DNA from: an uncultured Clostridia bacterium
GTDB taxonomy: Bacteria; Bacillota; Clostridia; TANB77; CAG-465
Assembly: GCA_944383015.1 (NCBI GenBank)
Contig: CALWOC010000001.1
Coordinates: 363,976 to 427,975 of the forward strand
DNA length: 64,000 nucleotides
Reading direction: 5' to 3'
The notes below the pieces were generated by a model that saw only the letters and a list, made by a program, of their open reading frames with translations, was not told where the DNA came from and did not search any database. Shown here in pieces: positions 20,705-29,471 of the stretch (its first letter is position 1; every line of letters begins with the position of its first letter). The position numbers and the translations under genes are program-made.

Positions 20705-20973
20705 ATAATTAAATTAAATGCAAAGAACAAGAGGAGTAAGATAAAGGTTGTTTTTAGAGAGAAAGATTCATAGGCTGAAAGATCTTTTAAATAAACATAT
20801 CTGAAGGTAGCTTGGGAGCTGGTATACTGAAGTTTTATTATGTGTAAGTATACTCCGTTACAGTCGGTAAATCTGTTAATTAAGTGCATACAAATAGCTT
20901 GTATGAATTAAGGTGGTACCGCGAATCACAGTCATTCGTCCTTAAAATATTAAGGATTAATGACTGTTTTTTT
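20705..20973 (+). ncRNA. T-box riboswitch leader of the (small ORF)-valS operon
   Basis: Near-consensus T-box AATTAAGGTGGTACCGCG at 20916-20933, an AGAGAGA Stem-I element, and the terminator CAGTCATT...AATGACTG plus T7 at 20936-20973. The candidate specifier GUA (Val) lies in GAAGGUAGC at about 20803-20811. Confidence 0.85.
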
Positions 20974-20992
20974 ATGAAAGGAGAAGTATATT

Positions 20993-21190
20993 ATGCTTAG
21001 AGATTTTGGAATATTTATAGCACTCGTCTGTCTTTTAATTGCTGTAATTGTAATATTAAATGCTAGATGGATTATTCATTGTATAGATAATAGTAAAGAT
21101 TTAGAAAATAAAATGGTAGGAAAAATAAAGATAGTCGCAACATTTGTAAGCATGATATCTTTATATATAGTAGCCATTTTAATTAGATAA
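20993..21190 (+). CDS. 65-aa two-helix small membrane protein between the T-box and valS
   Basis: AAAGGAGAAG RBS. Hydrophobic helices IFIALVCLLIAVIVIL and IVATFVSMISLYIVAIL. It ends 16 nt before the valS start. Confidence 0.5.
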   Translation: MLRDFGIFIALVCLLIAVIVILNARWIIHCIDNSKDLENKMVGKIKIVATFVSMISLYIVAILIR

Positions 21191-21206
21191 AAAGGAGAGA
21201 TGAGAA

Positions 21207-23822
21207 ATGGAAAATAACTTTAATTATCAAAAAAGAGAAGAAGAAATATATAAAAATTGGGAAGAAAAAGGCTATTTTAAATGTGAGATAAAAGAAGGTC
21301 AAAAACCTTTTACTATATCAATGCCTCCTCCAAATGTAACTGCTAAGCTTCATATTGGTCACGCACTAGTAAATACAATTCAAGATATTTTTATACGTTA
21401 TCATAGACTAAAGGGAGAACCTACACTTTGGATTCCTGGTACAGACCATGCAAGTATAGCAACAGAAGTAAAAGTTGTTGAAAAAATAAAAAAAGAAGGT
21501 AAAACAAAACAAGAACTTGGTAGAGAAGGATTTTTAAAAGAAGCTTGGGAATGGAAAGAAAAATATGGAGGAGAAATAACAAAACAATTAAGAAAATTAG
21601 GCTGTTCTTGTGACTGGTCTAAAGAAAGATTTACAATGGATCAAGGATGTTCAGATGCAGTTTTAGAAGTATTTGAAAGAATGTATAACAAAGGGCTAAT
21701 ATATAAAGGAAAAAGAATTGTTAACTGGTGTCCTAATTGTAAAACTCCTATATCTGATATAGAAGTAGATTACGAAGAAGTCCCTTCTTCACTTTGGTAT
21801 ATTAAATACCCTATTGAAAATAGTGACGAGTATCTAACAGTTGCTACAACTAGACCTGAAACAATGCTTGGAGACACTGCTGTTGCAGTAGCACCAGATG
21901 ATGAAAGATATACAAAATATGTAGGTAAAAGAGTTTACTTACCAATAGTAGGAAAATATATACCTATCATTGCTGATAGATATGTTGAAAAAGAATTTGG
22001 AACTGGTGTTGTTAAAATGACTCCTGCACATGATCCAAATGACTATAAAGTTGGAGAAAGGCATAACTTAGATATAATTAATATCTTAAATGATGATGCA
22101 ACTTTAAATGAAAACGCTGGCGAATATCAAGGGTTAACTACTCTACAAGCAAGAGAAAAAATAGTTGATAGACTAGATAAAGAAGGATATTTAATAAAAA
22201 TTGAACCATATACTCACAATGTTGGTAGTTGTTATAGATGTCATACAACAATTGAACCTTATATTTCTAACCAATGGTTTGTTCATATGAAAGATTTAGT
22301 TAAGCCAGCAATTGAAGCTGTAAAAAATGATGAAACAATGTTCGTACCAAAAAGATTTGAAAAAATGTATTTTAACTGGATGGAAAACATTGAAGATTGG
22401 TGTATTTCAAGACAGCTATGGTGGGGACATAGAATTCCAGCATATTATTGTGATAAATGCAATAAAATCACAGTTTCAAAAACACCAATAACAACATGTG
22501 AATGCGGTGGACATCTAACACAAGATGAAGATACTTTAGATACATGGTTTTCATCTGCACTATGGCCATTTTCTATACTAGGCTGGCCACAAAAAACTAA
22601 GGAGCTAGAATACTTCTATCCTAACTCAATGCTTGTTACTGGATATGATATTATAACTTTCTGGGTATCAAAAATGATATTTTCTGGAATTGAATATATG
22701 GGAGAAGTTCCATTTAAACATGTATTTATAAATGGACTTGTTAGAGATGCTAAAGGAAGAAAAATGTCTAAATCTTTAGGAAATGGCGTAGATCCATTAG
22801 ATGTTATTAGAGATTACGGAACAGATTCTTTAAGATTATCTTTAATTCAAAATATAACACCAGGTAATGACGTAAGATATATTCCAGAAAAAGTTGAAGC
22901 ATCTAGAAATTTTGCAAATAAATTATGGAATGCTGCAAGATTTGCAAATAACTATTTAAAAGATCTATCTATAGATAAACCAGAAAATTTAATGCCTGAA
23001 GATAAATGGATTTTAACAAAACTTTCTAAAGCTATAAAGGATGTAGAAAGTAATATAGATAAATTTGAAATTGGTGTTGCTGTACAAATAATATATGATT
23101 TTATTTGGAATGATATATGTGATTGGTACATTGAAATGATAAAACCTAGATTATATAATCCAGATAATAAGACATATGAAACAGCTATTTGGACTTTAAA
23201 TTATGTGCTTATTTCTGCAACAAAACTACTTCATCCATATATGCCATTTATTACAGAAGAAGTATATTTAAATTTAAAACATGAAAAAGACTCAATAATG
23301 CTTGAATTACTACCAGAACCAATATACAACTATGAAGAAGAAGAAAAAGTAATCGATTGTATTAATAATATGATAAGACAAATACGTAATACTAGAGCGA
23401 CTATGGATATAACAGGATCTAAAAAAACTTCAGCTCAAATAAATATAAACGACAATTCATTTAAAAATATATTTGATGACTCAGTAGAATATTTCAAAAA
23501 GTTAGCATATATTGAGAATATTGAGTTTATAACTAATATTGAAGATGCTAATCCTAAATATTCTGCACATCATGATGAAAAAATAAATGTATTCTTAAAT
23601 ATGTCTAATGCAATAGATATTAATGCTGAAATTGAAAAATTAGAAAAAGAAAAACAAACAGCTTTATCTGAATTAAAAAGAGCTAATGGTATGCTGGCAA
23701 ATGAAAAATTCGTAAGCAAAGCTCCTGAAAAATTAATAGAAGCGGAAAAAGAGAAAGTTCAAAAATATACAGAATTACTTGAAAAAATTGAAGGCAGATT
23801 AAAAGAACTAACTAATAACTAA
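21207..23822 (+). CDS. valS: valyl-tRNA synthetase
   Basis: HIGH motif (PPNVTAKLHIGHAL), KMSKS, and the C-terminal coiled-coil of ValRS. 871 aa. Confidence 0.95.
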   Translation: MENNFNYQKREEEIYKNWEEKGYFKCEIKEGQKPFTISMPPPNVTAKLHIGHALVNTIQDIFIRYHRLKGEPTLWIPGTDHASIATEVKVVEKIKKEGKTKQELGREGFLKEAWEWKEKYGGEITKQLRKLGCSCDWSKERFTMDQGCSDAVLEVFERMYNKGLIYKGKRIVNWCPNCKTPISDIEVDYEEVPSSLWYIKYPIENSDEYLTVATTRPETMLGDTAVAVAPDDERYTKYVGKRVYLPIVGKYIPIIADRYVEKEFGTGVVKMTPAHDPNDYKVGERHNLDIINILNDDATLNENAGEYQGLTTLQAREKIVDRLDKEGYLIKIEPYTHNVGSCYRCHTTIEPYISNQWFVHMKDLVKPAIEAVKNDETMFVPKRFEKMYFNWMENIEDWCISRQLWWGHRIPAYYCDKCNKITVSKTPITTCECGGHLTQDEDTLDTWFSSALWPFSILGWPQKTKELEYFYPNSMLVTGYDIITFWVSKMIFSGIEYMGEVPFKHVFINGLVRDAKGRKMSKSLGNGVDPLDVIRDYGTDSLRLSLIQNITPGNDVRYIPEKVEASRNFANKLWNAARFANNYLKDLSIDKPENLMPEDKWILTKLSKAIKDVESNIDKFEIGVAVQIIYDFIWNDICDWYIEMIKPRLYNPDNKTYETAIWTLNYVLISATKLLHPYMPFITEEVYLNLKHEKDSIMLELLPEPIYNYEEEEKVIDCINNMIRQIRNTRATMDITGSKKTSAQININDNSFKNIFDDSVEYFKKLAYIENIEFITNIEDANPKYSAHHDEKINVFLNMSNAIDINAEIEKLEKEKQTALSELKRANGMLANEKFVSKAPEKLIEAEKEKVQKYTELLEKIEGRLKELTNN

Positions 23823-23927
23823 AAACAATATAAAAGGTGATAGTAATACTATCATCTTTTATTATTGTCACATTGACTACACATTTTTATTATGATATAA
23901 TTTTAAAAGTACTAAGGAGATACAATT

Positions 23928-24851
23928 ATGAAAAAAAGATTAATATATATGTGTATGATTATTGTTTTGGTTGTAGTTTGTACCTGCTCAAATTTTGTTG
24001 TAGCAGTTTCTATACCAAGACTTGCTATTAGTGGACCAAGTTCTGGAACAGTAGAAGTTGGTGGTACAATAAGATATACAGTAAATATATACAATAATGC
24101 TACAAATGTAACCTTAAAGGGTAGCGATATTAGAATAAGTGGTGTAACAGCAAATATTAGTGTAGAAGGTTCTGGAAATTCACAACGTACTATTGTTCTA
24201 AGTAATATTCAAGGAAGTGTTGGTAGCGTTGGCTATATTTCATATATAGCTGGTGGAGTTGCTAGCAATTCAGCCGGTGGTTCTAGAGAAATGAATGTTA
24301 CTTCAACTTCATTTACAATTGTTGCTACAGTAAATAATGATCCTGCGCCTTCTGAACCATCTGGTGGAAATGACAATAATTATAACAACAATTATAATAA
24401 CAATACAACTCTTCCACCTTCCAATAATGAAGAACCTGCTCAAAACGAAGAGCCAGAAGAAGAAAATGACGATAAAACTCCGCCAACTATGGAGATTGGC
24501 AATTTATCTGAAACAGAAGTAGAAATAGGAGATACAATTTCTTTTAATGTAGCATATAAAGATGAAACAGAAATGGGAGATGTAACTCTAGAGACTAAAG
24601 ATATTACACTTTACGGCTTTACCGCGAATATAAACATATCAGGAGAAGGAAGTACTAGAACAGTTACCTTATCTAATATACAAGGTAACTTAGGAGGATT
24701 AAAATATGTAAAAATTGCCAAAAAGACAGCCAAAGACAAAGCAGGTAACGAAGTAAATGAAACTGGTACAACATCAATGTTTAAAGTTATAAGTAAAGAC
24801 ACTAAAAACAAACCAGATGACTGGATTGAAAATCCAAATACTGGTAGATAA
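23928..24851 (+). CDS. secreted protein with two internal about 100-aa repeat domains and an Asn/Tyr-rich linker
   Basis: Signal peptide MKKRLIYMCMIIVLVVVCTCS. The repeats are ...VTANISVEGSGNSQRTIVLSNIQGSVG... and ...FTANINISGEGSTRTVTLSNIQGNLG.... A TTGACT-17-TATAAT promoter lies upstream and a terminator follows. Confidence 0.7.
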   Translation: MKKRLIYMCMIIVLVVVCTCSNFVVAVSIPRLAISGPSSGTVEVGGTIRYTVNIYNNATNVTLKGSDIRISGVTANISVEGSGNSQRTIVLSNIQGSVGSVGYISYIAGGVASNSAGGSREMNVTSTSFTIVATVNNDPAPSEPSGGNDNNYNNNYNNNTTLPPSNNEEPAQNEEPEEENDDKTPPTMEIGNLSETEVEIGDTISFNVAYKDETEMGDVTLETKDITLYGFTANINISGEGSTRTVTLSNIQGNLGGLKYVKIAKKTAKDKAGNEVNETGTTSMFKVISKDTKNKPDDWIENPNTGR

Positions 24852-24972
24852 AAAATATGCTGATACTATTCAGCATATTTTTTATTATTGACAAATTAAT
24901 AGTATTTTGTTATAATGTTTACATAAGATATGTTTTATGTATCAAAATATAATTATTTTAGGTGGTGATAAT

Positions 24973-25161
24973 ATGTCTAGATCAATTCTAGTATCAATTT
25001 TAGTTGCAATTTTTATAATATTTGCAATTGCAACATATATTGTTAATATATACAAATCATCTCTTCCTATAGAACCAACATATTACTTTGTTAATGCAGA
25101 GCCTATTGTTAAAGTTATAGGGCCAAAGACTATGTATATAGAAACAAATGATAAACACTAA
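24973..25161 (+). CDS. small membrane protein (about 62 aa)
   Basis: AGGTGGTGA RBS before ATG 24973, one TM helix, and a terminator hairpin at about 25156-25185. Confidence 0.4.
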   Translation: MSRSILVSILVAIFIIFAIATYIVNIYKSSLPIEPTYYFVNAEPIVKVIGPKTMYIETNDKH

Positions 25162-25185
25162 GTTTAAAAACTTAGTGTTTATTTT

Positions 25186-25509
25186 TCAATTTACTTGTAT
25201 GTTTATACTAAATTTATCTATTGGTCTTCTACAACCAGTTAAGTTAATATAATCGTATATATCTTCTTCCATCTCATTTTCAGATAAGTCATCTTTAAAT
25301 TTTAATCTATTTTTTATTCCACCTATTCTATTTCTGACAATAAATGGTAATTCATCTGAAACAGTACTTATTTGCTTTAAAAGAAAAATAGGAAATCCTT
25401 TTTCTTTAGCACTAATTAAATTTTCTATATTAACAGAAGAAATAAATAAATTATCCTTCTTTTCAATTTTTAAAATATTAAGCTCGTCCCATAAAACTTC
25501 TATTGACAT
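25186..25509 (-). CDS. hypothetical protein (107 aa), directly abutting the upstream 340-aa gene
   Basis: The ORF start abuts the stop of 25510-26532. I recognise no motif. Confidence 0.45.
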   Translation of the reverse strand: MSIEVLWDELNILKIEKKDNLFISSVNIENLISAKEKGFPIFLLKQISTVSDELPFIVRNRIGGIKNRLKFKDDLSENEMEEDIYDYINLTGCRRPIDKFSINIQVN

Positions 25510-26532
25510 TTAAACTTCCTCCATTTCTTTTTCATAATATTTATTATCCATTAGCTTTAAGTAATCTATTCCTAAACATTCACATATATTCTGCAATCTA
25601 TTATCCCATATTACACGCACAAATTCCTTATATTCAAATGGAATTTTAGCATCTATCTTTTTTTCAACACATTTAATTGCCTCATCAATATTCATATTAT
25701 TAGCACATTCTCTTGCAAAATTTAAATTTTCCTCATCTTTATCTATTAAATAATACAAAGTATCCTCCCAATATGGATACTCATATTCTCTTTTATAGTC
25801 TGGTACCCCTGCATCAAAATAACATAAATTCATTCTATCTGCTAACATGTCATCATCATCTAACATATCATATATTTCATCGGTATTAAAATTTGAACCT
25901 AAAGAATATGTATTATGACTTAATGGTGCAAGCTCAATACTCTGTTCGTCATTTTCATTATTTCCTACTATAAAATCAAAATCACTTACTTTTCTGTCTG
26001 TAGAAAGTGTAAAAATATCTGCTATACATACTTTCTCTATATCCTTAATACATTCTTTTTCTTCTCTTTTATCTATTACTTCTGATCTACAGTATTCATG
26101 TACTGCCTCAAATAAATCTTCAATATTATATTCTTCCTCTGAAGTCAAATATTTCTTACATTCTAAAAGTTCATTTCCATTAATAATAAACTGATTATAT
26201 GAATAATCACTTATTATATTATCTGAAATAAGTGCAAGTTTATTATCATACTTAGCTATATTTGAACTTACTGTTTTTATTCCAACTTGTTTCATAAGCT
26301 CTTCATATAATAATTCTGAATAAACATTATAATTGTTATCCAAATATTCATTTTTTACTGGTTTAACATATATATACTTTTCTTCCCCTCCTTCTTTTAC
26401 TTTTAACCAAAAATTATTATCTTCATATCCATCAATATAATATGGATATGTTTTTTCAGATGGATTTTTATTTAAGTACTTATCCAAATCTATAATTCCA
26501 TCTTTTCTAAAGTTTTCTATATTTTCATTCAT
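25510..26532 (-). CDS. hypothetical acidic protein (340 aa)
   Basis: Long ORF in an AT-rich context with no confident family assignment. Confidence 0.5.
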   Translation of the reverse strand: MNENIENFRKDGIIDLDKYLNKNPSEKTYPYYIDGYEDNNFWLKVKEGGEEKYIYVKPVKNEYLDNNYNVYSELLYEELMKQVGIKTVSSNIAKYDNKLALISDNIISDYSYNQFIINGNELLECKKYLTSEEEYNIEDLFEAVHEYCRSEVIDKREEKECIKDIEKVCIADIFTLSTDRKVSDFDFIVGNNENDEQSIELAPLSHNTYSLGSNFNTDEIYDMLDDDDMLADRMNLCYFDAGVPDYKREYEYPYWEDTLYYLIDKDEENLNFARECANNMNIDEAIKCVEKKIDAKIPFEYKEFVRVIWDNRLQNICECLGIDYLKLMDNKYYEKEMEEV

Positions 26533-26668
26533 AATTACTCACCCCGCAATATATATACCATACTTTAATTAAAACAGGGTAATAAAATAATAACGTTTTC
26601 TTTGTAAGTTTACGCGATAAAAAAAAGCATTACTACATTTTTTGTAGTAATGCTTCTTAAATATTATA

Positions 26669-26854
26669 TTATTCTTCTACTGGAACAGGTGCTCCCATTG
26701 GACAAACAGATGCGCAAGTTCCACAAGCTATACATTTTTCTGGATCAATTTCATATTTTCCATCTCCCATAGATATAGCTCCTTGTGGGCAATTCATTTC
26801 ACATGCTCCACATGATATACAATCATCGTTTATTCTATATTTCATTACTTTCAC
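26669..26854 (-). CDS. fdx: 2x[4Fe-4S] clostridial-type ferredoxin
   Basis: Two CxxCxxCxxxCP clusters: CISCGACEMNCP and CIACGTCASVCP. Confidence 0.9.
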   Translation of the reverse strand: MKVMKYRINDDCISCGACEMNCPQGAISMGDGKYEIDPEKCIACGTCASVCPMGAPVPVEE

Positions 26855-26868
26855 CTCCTAATAATCTC

Positions 26869-27747
26869 TTACTCTATTATATCCTCAACGTTATTTTCGT
26901 CTATTTCAATATCTTCTAATTTTTCTTCCTTTTTATTATGCTTTGGTGACATTTTTATCTTATCAACAGGATAAGTCTCATATCTTTCCTCTTCTTCATC
27001 ATCAATCCCAAACCTAATTTTAACTGTTAAATTCAAAATGTCTACAGATGTAACTTTTCCTTTTTCTTTTTCACCTTTTACCTTAACTATTTCACCAACT
27101 TTAGGAAGTTTTTTTAAATTCTCTTTATATAACTCTTCTTCATATCTTAAACAACACATTAGCTTACCACAAGCACCAGATAACTTTGACATATTAATCT
27201 GTAATCCTTGCTCTTTTGCCATTTTTATTGTGACTGGCTCAAAATTTTGTAAATGTGTCCTACAACAAACTTCCTTTCCACACATTCCAAGTGTTGGATA
27301 CTCTCTTACTTCGTCTCTTGGACCAATTTGTCTAAGTTCAATTCTTGCTCTATACTTAGATGCAATAATTTTTACAAGCTCTCTAAAATCTACTCTTTCC
27401 TCTGAAACAAAATATATTGTTAGCTTTGTTCCATCAAGCGTATATTCTGCAGTTAAAAGTTTCATATCTAAATTAAGCTCTTTTGCTTGGACTTTACAAA
27501 ATTCTAAAGCCTCTTTAGCTTTATCGTCCATTTCTTTTTGCATTTTAAAATCTTCTTCAGTAGCAATTCTTTTTATAGCTGGTAATTCTTCACCTTCTTC
27601 TAATTCTAGAATTTTAGATACAACACCAATTTCCTCACCTTTTTCTGTATCTGCTACAACACTATCCGATATTTTTATTTCATCGTTATCTGTTATATAA
27701 AAAGAAAGTTTTCCTGTTCTTTTAAATCTTATTCCTACTTTCTTCAT
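26869..27747 (-). CDS. yaaT: PSP1-domain stage 0 sporulation protein YaaT/RicT
   Basis: PSP1 C-terminal domain with conserved Cys (GMCGKEVCCRTHL ... GACGKLMCCLRYE). It sits in the conserved position downstream of holB. Confidence 0.88.
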   Translation of the reverse strand: MKKVGIRFKRTGKLSFYITDNDEIKISDSVVADTEKGEEIGVVSKILELEEGEELPAIKRIATEEDFKMQKEMDDKAKEALEFCKVQAKELNLDMKLLTAEYTLDGTKLTIYFVSEERVDFRELVKIIASKYRARIELRQIGPRDEVREYPTLGMCGKEVCCRTHLQNFEPVTIKMAKEQGLQINMSKLSGACGKLMCCLRYEEELYKENLKKLPKVGEIVKVKGEKEKGKVTSVDILNLTVKIRFGIDDEEEERYETYPVDKIKMSPKHNKKEEKLEDIEIDENNVEDIIE

Positions 27748-28590
27748 TTATTCCTCCTTGATACTATCTATTAATCTTAGTAACATACTATCTATTATTA
27801 TATCATAATTTCCATTAAATTTTAATCTATTTTTTGCATTTTCTACTATTTTCACACAATTATATTGATGGTTTATAAATAATATATATTCTAAATAATC
27901 CAAAAGATCATCATTTGAAAAATTTATATTTGTAGAATGCTTAAGTACTTTAACAGTATTACATTCTTTTAACAAGCTATATAGCTCGTCCACCATTTCA
28001 AACTTTTCAAGTAATTTATTGTTAATAACATCTTCAGCTTTTCCAATAGAGCCGTTTAAAAATTCTACAATATTATCATTAAATATAATATTATATTTCT
28101 TATATATGTAGCTTTTTAATTCTTCAGATGTTATTCCCTCAAAAGGAATTTGTGTTACTCTTGAAAGTATAGTGCTTAAAAAAGAACTAATATTAGAAGA
28201 AACTAAAATTATAGTTATATATCTAGGAGGTTCTTCTAACGTCTTAAGAAGTGTGTTTTGTGCAGCAATGTTTAATAATTCAGCATTATCTATAATATAT
28301 ACCTTTCTATCTCCTGCAACAGGAACTATATATAAGTCATCTATAAGTTCTTTCCTTATTTGCTCTACTAGAATATCTTTTTTATCTGCTATTTTGGATA
28401 TAATCTTAAAATCTGGATTGTTACTTAAATTATTTGTATCAAGTATTTTTTTAGCAAATTCACATGCAAGCTTTAGCTTACCTATACCACTATTACCAAA
28501 AAATAGATATGAATGTGAAATATTGCCAGTTTCAATTATTTTGCTTAAAATATCTTTCTGTTTTTTATGTCCAACAATATCCTCAAACAT
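27748..28590 (-). CDS. holB: DNA polymerase III delta' subunit
   Basis: The N-terminal IVGHKKQKDILSKIIETGNISHSYLFFGNSGIGK is an AAA+ clamp-loader fold with a degenerate Walker A, typical of delta'. Confidence 0.85.
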   Translation of the reverse strand: MFEDIVGHKKQKDILSKIIETGNISHSYLFFGNSGIGKLKLACEFAKKILDTNNLSNNPDFKIISKIADKKDILVEQIRKELIDDLYIVPVAGDRKVYIIDNAELLNIAAQNTLLKTLEEPPRYITIILVSSNISSFLSTILSRVTQIPFEGITSEELKSYIYKKYNIIFNDNIVEFLNGSIGKAEDVINNKLLEKFEMVDELYSLLKECNTVKVLKHSTNINFSNDDLLDYLEYILFINHQYNCVKIVENAKNRLKFNGNYDIIIDSMLLRLIDSIKEE

Positions 28591-28608
28591 ATCTATTCTC
28601 CTTTATCT

Positions 28609-29427
28609 TTAATCTATTGAACCAAATCTAGAAAATGGCCATATTCTACATACAATATATCCATTTACTCTATCATATGGTATGCATCCAAAACTTCTTG
28701 AATCTTTACTCTGTTCTCTATTATCTCCCATTACATATATAGTATTTTCTGGAACTATAACATCTGAGTATTCCTCTTCTTGTGTTTCTGTCTTAACCTC
28801 TCTTAAATATTCCTCTTCTAATTTTTCTCCATTTCTATAAACATTTCCATCTTTTATCTCAATATGATCTCCTGGTAATCCAATTACTCTTTTAATATAA
28901 CTTACTTTATTTACATCTAAAAATTCATATAGGAATAAAGTTAAACCTGTATAATTTTCATATTGAGCAGTATAAAGTGTCTCATCTGTATCTAAATATA
29001 ACTTATTGTCTATTGGTGCTTCAAAAGTAATAATATCTCCATATTCAAATTTATTTCCTTTAAGCCAAGGTCTTATTGTTAATACTTTTTCTCCATCTTC
29101 AATTGTTGGATACATTGATGCCTGCTTTACTGTAGGCGCGCAAATCAAGAAATAATTAATTAATAAATAAGCAACAAAAGCTACTGCAAAGCAAATTACC
29201 CAATCCAAAACTTCTCTTAAAACACTTCTTGTTTTTGCCTTAACTTTTTCTGTCTCCTCTTTTTGTTGATAGTCAATATCATCATAGTACTGCTCACTAT
29301 CTACTTCAACTTTTTCTTTTTTCATTTCTTCCTCTTTAGTGATTTCTTCTTTTGTAGCTACATTTTCTTGTGATACTTTATTAGTATCTTGTTTTTTTTC
29401 TAACTCTTCCTTGTTTTCATTATCCAT
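28609..29427 (-). CDS. lepB: signal peptidase I with an acidic N-terminal extension
   Basis: SMYPT (box B), GDHIEIKDG and YVMGDNREQSKDSR (boxes D/E), and a TM helix. Confidence 0.85.
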   Translation of the reverse strand: MDNENKEELEKKQDTNKVSQENVATKEEITKEEEMKKEKVEVDSEQYYDDIDYQQKEETEKVKAKTRSVLREVLDWVICFAVAFVAYLLINYFLICAPTVKQASMYPTIEDGEKVLTIRPWLKGNKFEYGDIITFEAPIDNKLYLDTDETLYTAQYENYTGLTLFLYEFLDVNKVSYIKRVIGLPGDHIEIKDGNVYRNGEKLEEEYLREVKTETQEEEYSDVIVPENTIYVMGDNREQSKDSRSFGCIPYDRVNGYIVCRIWPFSRFGSID

Positions 29428-29471
29428 ATCTTTTGTTTACCTCCTATAACTTATTATTAACATACATCTAT

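Noticed and set aside
24826-24851. NPNTG as a functional sortase cell-wall sorting signal
   Set aside because: The protein ends one residue after the motif with no hydrophobic segment or positive tail, so a canonical sorting signal is not present.
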